Source: Candidatus Spyradenecus sp.
Lineage (GTDB): Bacteria; Verrucomicrobiota; Verrucomicrobiia; Opitutales; UBA953
Direction: 5' to 3'
DNA length: 64,000 nt
NCBI GenBank assembly: GCA_045535075.1
Contig: JAZSKX010000017.1
Coordinates: 128,001 to 192,000 of the forward strand
A model generated the notes under the pieces. It did not search any database and had not been told where the DNA came from. It saw only the letters and a program-made list of their open reading frames with translations. Shown piece by piece: positions 9,527-21,121 of this stretch. The number at the start of each line of letters is the position of its first letter. Positions within the stretch are counted from its first letter, which is position 1. A program made the position numbers and the translations under genes.

Positions 9527-11716
9527 TTAACGCACGAAAAGCAATTCGCGGTATTTCGGGAGCGGCCACATTTCGTTGTCGACGAGCAATTCGAGCTTGT
9601 CGATATGGTAGCGAATCGCGTCGAAATACGGCAAAACCGTGTCGTGATATGCAATCGCTTTTTCGCGGGCATCCTCAATCCGGTTTGCTTTTTTGCGGCA
9701 TTCAATCATTTCCTCGGCATTTTTCGTAACGGCGCTGACATGCTCGTTAATCGCTTCAATCAGGCGGATTTGCTCCGACGCCAGGACGCTGAATTTTTCC
9801 GGCGGGAACACCGCCTTGAGCTTCGCAACATTGTCCAGCAAAACGGACTGATACCGTATCGCCACGGGAATAATGTGATTGTGCGACAAATCGCCGAGAA
9901 CACGCGCCTCAATCTGAAGCTTTTTCGTGTAAATTTCCCACTTCACCTCGTTGCGGGTTTCCAGTTCTTTCTTGGAATGAATGTTCCCGTTCGCAAAAAC
10001 CTTTACCGACTGCGGTGAAGTGTACGCATCGTAAATCAACGGAACGCTCGTCTCACAGTCCAAGCCGCGCCGCGCCGCCTCTTCCCGCCATTCTTCGGAA
10101 TAGCCGTTCCCGTCAAAGCGGATCGGCTTCGACTCCTTAATGTATTTTTTAATAACGGTGTAAAGCGCCTCTTTCTTGGACATTCCGCCCGCAATGAGCG
10201 CATCGACCTCCGTTTTAAATTCCTTGAGCTGATAAGCAACCGCCGCATTGACCGCCGTCATCGCCGACGCACAATTCGCAATCGAGCCGATTGCGCGAAA
10301 CTCAAAGCGATTTCCCGTGAACGCAAACGGCGACGTGCGGTTGCGGTCCGTGTTATCGACAAGCAATTCCGGAATTTGACCGACACCGAGCTTAATCTGC
10401 TTTTTGCTGTCCACCTTGATCGCGTCGTCAACCGAGCTTTTTTCAAACGCATCGAGAATGTCGCTGACCTGTTTTCCGAGGAAGGAAGAAATAATCGCCG
10501 GCGGAGCCTCGTTCGCGCCGAGGCGGTGCGCATTCGTCGCCGACGCCGTCGAAGCCTTAAAAAGCGCATTATTTTTGTAAAGTGCCATCAGCGTATTCAC
10601 GACGAAAGTCACGAAACGCAGGTTCTCCATCGAATTTTTTCCCGGAGAAAAAAGATTAACGCCCGTGTTCGTGCTGAGCGACCAATTGTTGTGCTTGCCC
10701 GAACCGTTCACGCCCTTAAAAGGTTTTTCGTGCAAAAGCACGCGGAAATTGTGCCGGCGGGCAACATCTCGCATGAGCGACATCAAAAGCAAATTGTGGT
10801 CCACCGCAAGGTTGCATTCCTCGAAAATCGGCGCGAGCTCAAACTGATTCGGCGCAACTTCGTTGTGGCGCGTTTTCACGGGAATGCCGAGCTTCCACGC
10901 TTCGTATTCCAGCTCCTGCATACACGCGAGAACGCGGCGCGGGATCGCCCCGAAATAATGGTCTTCCAACTGCTGATTTTTCGCCGATTCGTGCCCCATC
11001 AGCGTGCGCCCCGTCAAAACAATATCCGGACGCGCGTTGAACAATTCCTCGTCAATCAGGAAAAATTCCTGCTCGCAACCGAGCGAAGACTGCACGTGCG
11101 TTACGTCGGAATTAAAATATTTGCAAACGCCGACCGCCGCCTTGTTCACCGCTTCCAGCGACTTCAAAAGTGGCGCTTTGTAGTCGAGCGCCTCGCCCGC
11201 GTAGGAAATAAAAATCGTCGGGATAAAAAGCGTATCGCCTACAATGAACGCGGGCGACGACGGATCCCACGCCGAATAGCCGCGCGCCTCAAACGTCGAG
11301 CGCAAGCCGCCGTTCGGGAACGACGACGCGTCCGGCTCCTGCTGAGCGAGAATCTTCCCGCTGAATTCCTCAATCATGCCGCCGCTCCCGTCGCGCTCGA
11401 CAAACGCGTCGTGCTTTTCCGCCGTCCCGTCCGTCAGCGGATGAAACCAGTGCGTGTAATGCGTCGCGCCGTTTTCCATCGCCCACATTCGCATCGCGGG
11501 AGCAATATGCGCGGCAAGCTCCAAAGAAACCGGCTCGCCGAAATCAATCGCATGCGTAATCGCCCGAAACGTTTCTTTCGAGAGATATTTCGCCATCGCT
11601 TTGCGGTTGAAAACCTTGCACCCGAAAAATTCGGAAATTTTCGCCTGCGGCGGGGGAACAACGACGACTTTCCGGTTGGAAGCACGTTCTACGGCATGAA
11701 ATCGAATGTAAGACAT
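9527..11716 (-). CDS. glnA: Glutamine synthetase type III
   Basis: THYTHWFHPL, EPDASSFPNGGLRSTFEARGY, HNEVAPNQFE, DRNRTSPFAFTGNRFEFR, WPLPKYRELLF. Confidence 0.96.
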   Translation of the reverse strand: MSYIRFHAVERASNRKVVVVPPPQAKISEFFGCKVFNRKAMAKYLSKETFRAITHAIDFGEPVSLELAAHIAPAMRMWAMENGATHYTHWFHPLTDGTAEKHDAFVERDGSGGMIEEFSGKILAQQEPDASSFPNGGLRSTFEARGYSAWDPSSPAFIVGDTLFIPTIFISYAGEALDYKAPLLKSLEAVNKAAVGVCKYFNSDVTHVQSSLGCEQEFFLIDEELFNARPDIVLTGRTLMGHESAKNQQLEDHYFGAIPRRVLACMQELEYEAWKLGIPVKTRHNEVAPNQFELAPIFEECNLAVDHNLLLMSLMRDVARRHNFRVLLHEKPFKGVNGSGKHNNWSLSTNTGVNLFSPGKNSMENLRFVTFVVNTLMALYKNNALFKASTASATNAHRLGANEAPPAIISSFLGKQVSDILDAFEKSSVDDAIKVDSKKQIKLGVGQIPELLVDNTDRNRTSPFAFTGNRFEFRAIGSIANCASAMTAVNAAVAYQLKEFKTEVDALIAGGMSKKEALYTVIKKYIKESKPIRFDGNGYSEEWREEAARRGLDCETSVPLIYDAYTSPQSVKVFANGNIHSKKELETRNEVKWEIYTKKLQIEARVLGDLSHNHIIPVAIRYQSVLLDNVAKLKAVFPPEKFSVLASEQIRLIEAINEHVSAVTKNAEEMIECRKKANRIEDAREKAIAYHDTVLPYFDAIRYHIDKLELLVDNEMWPLPKYRELLFVR

Positions 11717-11775
11717 AAGCTGGAAAAAAGATACGCCCGCGCGTTCCCGCACGTCAAGCGGGTTTTCCGATTTTT

Positions 11776-11890
11776 ACTTCCAAACGAAGCGAAATTTGGC
11801 ATTTTTCGACAAAAACTCCAAATTTTCACTTCCAAACGAAGCAAATTTTTTAATTTTTCACTGAAAAACCGATTTTTTGACTTCCAAACT
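11776..11890. repeat. Degenerate 52-bp-period direct repeat (3 copies of ACTTCCAAAC)
   Basis: Copies start at 11776, 11828 and 11880. Confidence 0.8.
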
Positions 11891-12052
11891 CAAATCCGGA
11901 AAAACGTATTTCGGAACGTTCCCGTGCAAAAGAAACCACGAACAAACACAAATACTCACGAATGTTTTTAACGCAAAGACGCGAAGGAATTTCCGCAACA
12001 AAAACATTTTGCGTGCGAAGTAAAGTGAGACTTCCCGCAAAGCTTAAAATTC

Positions 12053-12123
12053 TCGCGCAAAGACGCGAAGCCGCAAAGTATTTGAGAGATAAAAAAACTT
12101 TGCGGCTTGGCGGCTTAGCGCGA
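12053..12123. repeat. Imperfect palindrome built from 8-bp units
   Basis: TCGCGCAAAGACGCGAAGCCGCAAAGT ... ACTTTGCGGCTTGGCGGCTTAGCGCGA. Confidence 0.7.
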
Positions 12124-12281
12124 AAAAAAAACGTTCCCGCGTAAAACCGACTTTCGTCACGCGGGAACGAAAAAGCAAATCATCGGAAGAGGATAGCGAG
12201 CCACCCGTAAAATTTACGGAGTCCGCCCGACTATTTTTCGATTTGAAAGGCTCACGGGAACGTTTCATGCTCTTAAGCATC

Positions 12282-12650
12282 ATGGCAGATACTAATTTTC
12301 TTCCGAAATCCGGTTTGCAAACCGAACGCGCACAGATCCGCGTTTCCACGAAATTCCCGGCAAACAATAATTATGTTTGCAGCTATGAAGTCTTTGTCGA
12401 AGGCGAATTTTTCAAGCCCGAAAACGGGCGTTCGGCGATGATTAACTTTGTCCAAACCGGAGCGCCGCTCGAAAAATCTTATTACGATTACGGGCGTTTT
12501 TGCTTTTTCCTGCCGAATTGCGTTTTGCCGATGTTTGAAGACGTTTTGAACGGTCAGGCGGCGAAGCTTATCGTTCATTTTGTCGTTGAAAACGGACGTC
12601 CGGCACGCGATCAAGCCGAAGCGCAATTCAAAATCACGTTTAAGGTTTAA
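12282..12650 (+). CDS. Hypothetical protein
   Basis: ORF ends 3 bp before icd; start uncertain (12243-12282). Confidence 0.65.
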   Translation: MADTNFLPKSGLQTERAQIRVSTKFPANNNYVCSYEVFVEGEFFKPENGRSAMINFVQTGAPLEKSYYDYGRFCFFLPNCVLPMFEDVLNGQAAKLIVHFVVENGRPARDQAEAQFKITFKV

Positions 12651-12653
12651 GCC

Positions 12654-13898
<1,245 letters not shown>

Positions 13899-13927
13899 GC
13901 GCGGGAACGGCTTTTTATCGAAGTAAT

Positions 13928-13962
13928 AAAAAATCCCTTGCGGAAATCGTAAGGGATTTTTT
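13928..13962. terminator. Bidirectional terminator between icd and tRNA-Leu
   Basis: AAAAAATCCCTTGCG-GAAAT-CGTAAGGGATTTTTT. Confidence 0.8.
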
Positions 13963-14046
13963 GGTACTCGAGAAGGGACTTGAACCCATACGCCTTTCGG
14001 CATCGGAACCTAAATCCGACGTGTCTGCCAATTTCACCACTCGAGC
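13962..14046 (-). tRNA. tRNA-Leu(TAG)
   Basis: Reverse complement gives TCGGA-TTTAGGT-TCCGA, long variable arm and CCA. Confidence 0.96.
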
Positions 14047-14132
14047 AAAAAAGCGGTATTACCCTAAGAAAATCTTTCCGTTTTGGCAAGCCGGAGCGTT
14101 CCCGCGAGCCGGCAAGTTTTTAATTCAAGCGC

Positions 14133-15248
14133 TTATTTTCTCTTTTGCTTAGGAAATTCCACGCGCAAACCCAAGGCTTTGAGCCCGCGGGCAACATCTT
14201 TTTCCAGCTTCGCCCAATCGCGCCCGTCAAGCAACGCAACATGCGCGGCATCGTGACTTTCCCCTGCCTGAATTTCACGAACAAACGCCTTGATACGCGC
14301 CGCGTCCTTTTTCCCGTCAACATGAAAAAAGTAATATGCGAGCGCGAGCGAAAACCCGTAACAAAACTGCGAAAACTTCTGGTCTCTTGAAAATTCCTGA
14401 TACGGAAGATTCATAAATTCTTCGAGCGACATCGGAACTTTAATGTTCTTTCCGAGTCCTCGTCCGCCCTTTCCGTCCTTCCCGTAGCCGATAATGTAAG
14501 CCGCAATTTCTTTTTTATTTCCCGTAAAGGTAAAACGTCCGTTCGCATAATCGGTAAGCCCGACATATTCGGCAATTCCTTCGAGATACCAACTCGGATA
14601 GCGATAGCCGGGAAGCGTCATAAAGTGCGTCAATTCGTGCGCAAGTACGTGCGCGGGGATTTTGCGCGTTCCGCGTTTGTATTTTGCCCCGGACTTTTCC
14701 AAATCAAGCGACTCGAACGGAACGAAAATGCAGGAATCCTCCATCGTTCCCGCCGAGCGGCAAATCCCGGCGGAAGTGCTGTTTTCCGAACCGATGGCTT
14801 TCAGATATTCCGCCCGCGTTTCAAAAAGCAACGCTTTGAGCTTTCCCCTTTCGGCAACTTGATAATAATTGCAAGGCGAGTTCAGCGGGAGCGCCAGATT
14901 CGCCGTGTAAGTCCCCTCGAAAATGCGCGCGATATCGCGAATCGCAGAAAGCTGAATCGGCGCCGTGCTGGTAAATGAAAAATGCTCCGTTTCGTAAATA
15001 TTCGTTTTCCCTTCTTCTTTGACGACACGCGCCGGAAGCATATCGACAATCTTCGTTGTTTTCGGCCACGGCTTGGAAAAATTTTCTCCCGGTAAGTCCT
15101 CAAGTTTGGATTCGCCTAAATCGGATTCTTCGAGACTCGCTTTCGCGTCCGCCCGCGCCTGTTGCGCCCAAAGCGTTCCCGCAGAAAAACCGAAGCAAAG
15201 CGCTCCCGCAAGAAAGATCCAAATGTATTTTTTTACTCCTTTAAACAT
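14133..15248 (-). CDS. Exported protein with gluzincin-type metallopeptidase motif
   Basis: Signal peptide; AHELTH followed by PSWYLEGIAEY. Confidence 0.75.
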   Translation of the reverse strand: MFKGVKKYIWIFLAGALCFGFSAGTLWAQQARADAKASLEESDLGESKLEDLPGENFSKPWPKTTKIVDMLPARVVKEEGKTNIYETEHFSFTSTAPIQLSAIRDIARIFEGTYTANLALPLNSPCNYYQVAERGKLKALLFETRAEYLKAIGSENSTSAGICRSAGTMEDSCIFVPFESLDLEKSGAKYKRGTRKIPAHVLAHELTHFMTLPGYRYPSWYLEGIAEYVGLTDYANGRFTFTGNKKEIAAYIIGYGKDGKGGRGLGKNIKVPMSLEEFMNLPYQEFSRDQKFSQFCYGFSLALAYYFFHVDGKKDAARIKAFVREIQAGESHDAAHVALLDGRDWAKLEKDVARGLKALGLRVEFPKQKRK

Positions 15249-15385
15249 CTTAAACAACTCCACGAATTTTCCCCAACTTCTACCACAGATAAACCGATGA
15301 ATCAAACTCTCAGACTTCAAATTTCCGTGCGCCCCGAAGTTTTCCGCGGGTCAAAATATCTTCGCGGGAACCCCGGAAAAACAAA

Positions 15386-15415
15386 AAAAGAACAGGCGAT
15401 ACCGCCTGTTCTTTT
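15386..15415. terminator. Hairpin/terminator downstream of the GH2 gene
   Basis: AAAAGAACAGGCG-ATAC-CGCCTGTTCTTTT. Confidence 0.75.
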
Positions 15416-15475
15416 GTGATTTTATCTGCGGAATAAATTTTTTCGTAAATACGTAAGATTTTCCGTGGTCAAAAT

Positions 15476-18400
15476 TTATTTCACGTTGATTTTGAGCGTT
15501 TGCGTGCCGAGTTCGCCGCCGTCGACGGTGAGTTCGGCTTCGCCGGTCGTGCCGCGCTTGGAGCGCAGAATGACTTGAGCCAAGCCCGCGAATGCGCGCA
15601 TTTCCGAGCCTTTCATCGAAAGGCGGTCGGTCGGGTCGCCGTTGCAAACGCCGACGATTTCGGCGTTCCCGCGCACGGAGAATTTGAAGAAATTTTTCGC
15701 CGTCGGGACAACGCGTCCCTGCGCGTCAGTCACGGAAATCGTGATATAGGAAAGGTCGCGTCCGTCGCCGCGGATTGTTGCGCGGTCGGCTTCCGCCTTG
15801 AAGCCTGCGGGAGCGCCGGTGGTTTCGACTTTGTCGCGTGCCCATTCCTTGCCGTTTTTGTAGGCGACGACTTCGAGCGTTCCCGGCTCGTATTTTACGT
15901 CCATCCACGTAAGGCGGAAGCGTTCCCGCTGGTCGCCGTTCAAATCCTTGTTCGTGATTTTCGCGCCTTTTTTCTTCGTGCGTTTGCCGAGGGATTTGCC
16001 GTTCAGGAAAAGCTCTGCGGAATCGCCGCTCGTGAAAACGAAGACGGGCGTGGTTTTGCCTTCGCGGGAACCTTCCCAGTTCCAGTGCGGAAGAATGTGC
16101 GCCATCGGCACGTCCGGCAGCCATTCGGATTGCCAAAGCCAAGCAACGTTTTTGCGGAAGCCGCAAAGGTCAACGATGCCGAAATACGAGCTGCGGGAAG
16201 GTGTTCCGTGTTTGAGAATTTCTTCCATTTCCTTTTTCAGGCGAGCAATTTCTTCCGGAGATGCTCCGCGAAAATCCGTGTCCGGACGGCGTCCGAGATT
16301 CCACGGCGTCGGTTCGCCGAGGTAGTCGAAGCCCGTCCAAACGAATTGCCCCGCGGTGCGCGGCTGGTCTTCGATGGCGCCGAATTCGATGTCCGGCGTC
16401 GAGCCCCAGCCGGTTGCGTAAATTGCGTAGTCGCTGACTTGGCAGGCGGCGAGGCTGTCGCAGAAATTGCGTCGCCAGAAGGCGGTTTCAAAGTCTTTTT
16501 CGTTTACCGGGAACGAGTAAAATCCGCGGGAAGAAACGGTCGAGCAGGTTTCCGAGCCGTAGAACGGGGTGTTCGGATTGTTGGTCGCAAATTCCGTGTA
16601 ATTGTTCGGTTTGTAGTTGAAGCCGAAAACGTCAAATTGTTTGCCGAAATTCGTGCGGGAAGCGCGAATATCGTTACTGCCGATGGTGGTCGGGCGCGTC
16701 GGGTCGTAGCGGTGGAAGCGGTCGACGAGGTCTTTCGCGAGCGCGGGACCGTCGGCGGAGTGCTGTTCTTCGATTTCGTTCCCGACGGACCACATGATTA
16801 CGCACGGGCGATTGCGGTCGCGCATGACAAAGTTGCGCACGTCGCGTTCCCGCCAGTTTTCCCAGAAAAGATTGTAGCCGTTGGTTTTGCCCTCTTTGAG
16901 GTGTTTCCAGCAGTCGAGCAATTCGTCGTCAACGAGAATGCCCATGCGGTCGCAGAGGTCGAGCAATTCCGGCGCGGGCGGGTTGTGCGAAGTGCGGATT
17001 GCGTTCACGCCGAAGCTCTTGAGAATTTCGATTTGACGCTCCATGGCGCGTGTGTGGACGGCGCCGCCGAGCGGTCCGAGGTCGTGGTGCTGGCAAACGC
17101 CCTGAATCGGCACGCGGCGTTCGTTCAGGTAATAGCCGTCGGCTTTCCATTCGGATTTGCGCACGCCGAATGCGGTTTCTTGGCGATCGACGATTTTGCC
17201 GTCGGCGACAACTGTCGTTTCAAGCGTGTAAAGCGCGGGATTTTCGATGTCCCAAAGCTCGACATCGCTGAGCGTGAGTTCCGCGTTCGTGCCTTCGGCG
17301 GAGGCGAGCACTTTGCCGTCTTTTTTGATTTTGTTGACGACGTTAAATTCCTTGGCGATTTCGGTTCCGGGAACGCGAACATCCGTAGCGACGCTCGTTT
17401 CCGCCGTGATTTTGGCCGTTTTCGCGTAGCGTTTGCCGTCGCGGAGCTCGATGCCGGAAATTTCGGGCGTTTTCACCCAAACGCCGTTGTAGTCAATGTA
17501 AGTCGGATTTTTTTCGACCAACCAAACGTGGCGATAAATGCCCGCGCCGGGATACCAACGCGTGGAATTCGGCAGGTTTTCGGCACGAACGACGACGGTA
17601 TTTTTTTCTCCGAATTTGAGAAACGGCGTAATGTCGACGCGGAACGACGAGTAGCCGTATTTCCACTCGCCGGCGAGTTTTCCGTTCACGTAAACCTGCG
17701 GCATCATCATGACGCCGTCGAAATCGAGAAAGAGTTTTTTGCCGGATTTGTCTGCGGGCACGTCAAATTCCTTGCGATACCAGCCGACGGCGTTCCACGG
17801 GAGCGAGCCGGTCTGGTTCGGTTCGGAAGCGAGGAACGGGCTTTCCACGCCCCAATCGTGCGGGAGGTCGAGCTTGCGCCACGAGGAATCGTCGAAAGCG
17901 ACTTCGTAAGCTTTCAGCGCGGGACCGGTTTTCGGGTTTTCCGGGGTGATTTTTGCGCCGTTCCCGTCAAAAAATTCCCACTCGCGGATGCTTGCCCAAG
18001 CGACACCATCCGGCTGGACATCGATTTTGGCATAGCGGAAATTACGGTTTAAAGATTCCGTATTTGTTTTCGACGGCATGTTTTTCATGCTTTGATCTAC
18101 AAGCTTCGTCCACGTTTTTCCGTCGGAAGAAACCGAAATAACATAGCGATAATTTGCGGCATTTTCCCAAAGAATTTTGGTCATCCCGATATCGCAGGCA
18201 CGCCCGAGATCAAGCGTAATTGATGCCGGGATTTTCCCGCGTGCGCACCAGCGCGTGGCGGCGTTCCCGTCAAACGCATTGGCAACCGGATTGTGCGCTT
18301 CTTCGCTTGTCGCGACTGCTACTCCCGCGGGCGCGCCGGGTTCCTGCTTGGCGAGGCAGTCAGCGTGTTTTCCGAATTTGGCAAAGCGCCAACCGAAGTC

Positions 18401-18568
18401 AAAACTTTCGCGCGAAACATCCGCATCCTCGTAAGCAATTTTTTCCGCGAGAACGTAATTTTTTTCCGTCGCCGAAACAGGCACATTTTCTGAAGTCTTT
18501 TGGTCTGAGCAAGCGACCAGAAAAATTGAAAGTGCAATAGAGCCGAGAAGATATTTTGCGGGTTTCAT
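15476..18568 (-). CDS. Glycoside hydrolase family 2 (beta-galactosidase-like) lipoprotein with inserted F5/8 type C (CBM32) domain
   Basis: Lipobox LVAC; LDLPHDW, RWYPGAGIYR, NAIRTSHNP, MWSVGNE, GSE, WTGFDYLGEP; NAFDGNAATRW discoidin motif. Confidence 0.93.
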   Translation of the reverse strand: MKPAKYLLGSIALSIFLVACSDQKTSENVPVSATEKNYVLAEKIAYEDADVSRESFDFGWRFAKFGKHADCLAKQEPGAPAGVAVATSEEAHNPVANAFDGNAATRWCARGKIPASITLDLGRACDIGMTKILWENAANYRYVISVSSDGKTWTKLVDQSMKNMPSKTNTESLNRNFRYAKIDVQPDGVAWASIREWEFFDGNGAKITPENPKTGPALKAYEVAFDDSSWRKLDLPHDWGVESPFLASEPNQTGSLPWNAVGWYRKEFDVPADKSGKKLFLDFDGVMMMPQVYVNGKLAGEWKYGYSSFRVDITPFLKFGEKNTVVVRAENLPNSTRWYPGAGIYRHVWLVEKNPTYIDYNGVWVKTPEISGIELRDGKRYAKTAKITAETSVATDVRVPGTEIAKEFNVVNKIKKDGKVLASAEGTNAELTLSDVELWDIENPALYTLETTVVADGKIVDRQETAFGVRKSEWKADGYYLNERRVPIQGVCQHHDLGPLGGAVHTRAMERQIEILKSFGVNAIRTSHNPPAPELLDLCDRMGILVDDELLDCWKHLKEGKTNGYNLFWENWRERDVRNFVMRDRNRPCVIMWSVGNEIEEQHSADGPALAKDLVDRFHRYDPTRPTTIGSNDIRASRTNFGKQFDVFGFNYKPNNYTEFATNNPNTPFYGSETCSTVSSRGFYSFPVNEKDFETAFWRRNFCDSLAACQVSDYAIYATGWGSTPDIEFGAIEDQPRTAGQFVWTGFDYLGEPTPWNLGRRPDTDFRGASPEEIARLKKEMEEILKHGTPSRSSYFGIVDLCGFRKNVAWLWQSEWLPDVPMAHILPHWNWEGSREGKTTPVFVFTSGDSAELFLNGKSLGKRTKKKGAKITNKDLNGDQRERFRLTWMDVKYEPGTLEVVAYKNGKEWARDKVETTGAPAGFKAEADRATIRGDGRDLSYITISVTDAQGRVVPTAKNFFKFSVRGNAEIVGVCNGDPTDRLSMKGSEMRAFAGLAQVILRSKRGTTGEAELTVDGGELGTQTLKINVK

Positions 18569-18700
18569 ATAAAAAAATTCTATTGTTCCCGCACAAGTTC
18601 CCGCAATTTTTTTCTTAGTAAAAACAACGCATAAGAGCCACGACCAATAAACGATTCTGGCTTTGCGTTCCCGCGGGAAAAAGTTTTAAATGCACGCACT

Positions 18701-20245
18701 ATGCAGAAACTTGCGCTCCTGTCGGTCAGCGACAAAACCGGACTTTTGGATTTCGCCAAAGTCCTTGTCGAAAAACACAACTACAAGCTGCTCTCCACGG
18801 GCGGCACGGCTAAAATGCTCCGCGACGGTGGCTTGCCCGTTACCGATGTGAGCGAGCACACCGGATTTCCGGAAATCATGGACGGACGCGTGAAAACGCT
18901 CCACCCGCGCGTGCACGGCGGGTTGCTCTGCCGCCGCGATCTTCCCGCGCATATGGAACAGGCGGCGAAGCTCGAAATCCCGATGATTGACATGGTTGTC
19001 GTCAATCTTTACCCGTTTGAAGCCACCGTCGCGAAGCCGGATTGCGCTTTTGAAGACGCGATTGAAAATATCGACATCGGCGGACCGTCGATGTTGCGCT
19101 CCGCCGCGAAAAACCACCAAAGCGTTTTCGTCGTTACCGATCCCGCGGACTATTCCCGCGTGCTCGAAGCCATGGACGGCGATCCCGCGACGCTTCCCGC
19201 GTTCCGCCGCGAACTCGCAATGAAGGTTTTCTCCCGCACGGCGGCTTACGACGCTGCAATTGCGAATTATTTGGAAAAACAAACGCCGACACCGGAAACC
19301 GCGCCGGCGTTCCCGCGTCAGTTTAATCTGAATCTGAAAACCGCGCAGGAACTCCGCTACGGCGAAAATCCGCACCAAAACGCCAAGCTTTTCGGCGATT
19401 TTCACAGCTTCTTCAACCAGCTCCAAGGCAAGGAACTCAGCTTCAACAACATTCTCGACATCACGGGAGCGACGAATCTCATCGCGGAGTTTGACCGCCC
19501 GACCGTCGGTATTTTGAAGCACACGAATCCCTGCGGCATCGCGACGGCGGGAACGCTCGCCGAAGCTTGGGATCAGGCTTTTGAAACGGACAAACAGGCT
19601 CCGTTCGGCGGCATCATCGTCGCCAACCGCGAAGTCGACAAAGACCTCGCCGAACGCATCGCGCACATTTTCTCCGAAGTTATCATCGCTCCGTCGTTCT
19701 CGGCGGAAGCGCGCGAAATTTTCGCAAAAAAGAAAAATCTGCGCCTCATGGAACAGGTGAAACCGATTTCGGCGGACAAGCTTTACGACGTGCGCTACGC
19801 CATCGGCGGCGTGCTTGTGCAGGAACGCGATATTAAGGCGATTGATCCGAGCGTTTACAAAGTCGTAACGGAACGCCAGCCGACCGAAGAAGAACTCCGC
19901 GCGATGCTCTTTGGCTGGAAAGTCGTCAAGCACGTTAAGTCCAACGCGATTGTTTACGCGGGTTGCGAACGCACGCTCGGGATCGGCGCCGGGCAAATGT
20001 CCCGCGTGGATTCTTCCCGCATCGCCGTGTGGAAGGCAGGCGAAGCCGGGCTCTCGCTCAAGGGCTCCGTTATCGCGAGCGACGCGTTCTTCCCGTTTGC
20101 CGACGGCTTGCTCGCTGCGGCAGACGCCGGCGCAACGGCGGCGATTCAGCCGGGCGGCTCCGTGCGCGACCAGGAAGTTATCGACGCTGCGAACGCACGC
20201 GGCATGGCGATGATTTTCACCGGACACCGCCACTTCCGCCACTAA
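18701..20245 (+). CDS. purH: Bifunctional AICAR transformylase/IMP cyclohydrolase
   Basis: [50 protein letters not shown]. Confidence 0.98.
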   Translation: MQKLALLSVSDKTGLLDFAKVLVEKHNYKLLSTGGTAKMLRDGGLPVTDVSEHTGFPEIMDGRVKTLHPRVHGGLLCRRDLPAHMEQAAKLEIPMIDMVVVNLYPFEATVAKPDCAFEDAIENIDIGGPSMLRSAAKNHQSVFVVTDPADYSRVLEAMDGDPATLPAFRRELAMKVFSRTAAYDAAIANYLEKQTPTPETAPAFPRQFNLNLKTAQELRYGENPHQNAKLFGDFHSFFNQLQGKELSFNNILDITGATNLIAEFDRPTVGILKHTNPCGIATAGTLAEAWDQAFETDKQAPFGGIIVANREVDKDLAERIAHIFSEVIIAPSFSAEAREIFAKKKNLRLMEQVKPISADKLYDVRYAIGGVLVQERDIKAIDPSVYKVVTERQPTEEELRAMLFGWKVVKHVKSNAIVYAGCERTLGIGAGQMSRVDSSRIAVWKAGEAGLSLKGSVIASDAFFPFADGLLAAADAGATAAIQPGGSVRDQEVIDAANARGMAMIFTGHRHFRH

Positions 20246-20257
20246 GCGCTAAGCGCC

Positions 20258-20298
20258 AAAAAAAGGCACGGAGAGAAATTCCTCTCCGTGCCTTTTTT
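20258..20298 (+). terminator. Intrinsic terminator after purH
   Basis: AAAAAAGGCACGGAGAG...CTCTCCGTGCCTTTTTT. Confidence 0.85.
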
Positions 20299-20800
20299 GC
20301 GCCAATTGCCAATCCCGAATTCCGAATGCTTACCGAGAAAGGGAGAACTGATAGCTGATAACGGATAAGTGAAGACGCCTGCGGCGGCGGAATAAGCATC
20401 GAGCATCAAGTGAGCGCCTGCGGCGGAAGGGATAGCTGATAACTGATCCGGACGAAGCGGATCCGCGGATTTCACCAATTGCACGAATTAGAGAAGCTTC
20501 TCCTCGGCTTTGCCTATTCAACGGCTCAGCTTTTAAGCTCTTAAACTCTGCTGTAGGCGGGTGCAGGCACAGCCGAGAGGAATACCGCTTGAGCGGAGTT
20601 ATTGGGTAGTGAGATTCCGTGGCGTGCTTTCCCCAAAGCCAATTATTGAATTCGCTGAGCGGTAATCATTCGGAATTCGAGATTCACTATTCACAATTGC
20701 CTTTCCGAGGCCGTGCGCCGGAGGTGCACGACATAGAATAACCGCGGGTGGAGGCATCGCCGTAACCCGCGGATAATCTGAAAAAACAAGCGCCGTAACA

Positions 20801-20845
20801 CGATGGGGAAATAATCCGCTTACGTGTCTGCGGCGCAATGGAACG
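20801..20845. repeat. Left copy of ~45-bp inverted repeat
   Basis: Reverse complement matches 24476-24521 with about 4 substitutions and 1 indel. Confidence 0.85.
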
Positions 20846-21121
20846 GGGAAACAGTGAAAAGGTATGGCTGATAGGTCCTCCGGAAGAGGATTTTTGAAAA
20901 ATCCGGGAAAAATGCAAACACGCGTGATTTTCAAAAATCTTTTGCGAGTGTTTTTTTAGATGAAGCAATTTGAATGCAGCTTGGCTTTGTGGCAATTGAC
21001 TCAAGACAGGCGCAAGAATTAATTAACAAATAATTCTTGCATTGCGTCGCAACGAGGCGCAACATTGCAAGCGTTTGCTTTGAGCAATTAGACAAATCAA
21101 CTACTAATACCAGTTACTACC

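Noticed and set aside
11776..11890. Possible mini CRISPR array
   Set aside because: Repeats are only 10-15 bp, spacers resemble each other, and there are no cas genes in the window
15500..18052. 850-aa plus-strand ORF, and similar long ORFs at 10376-11971, 12273-14003, 18686-20242, 30035-31330, 36199-37689 and 42535-43986
   Set aside because: Antisense shadows of well-supported genes; no motifs
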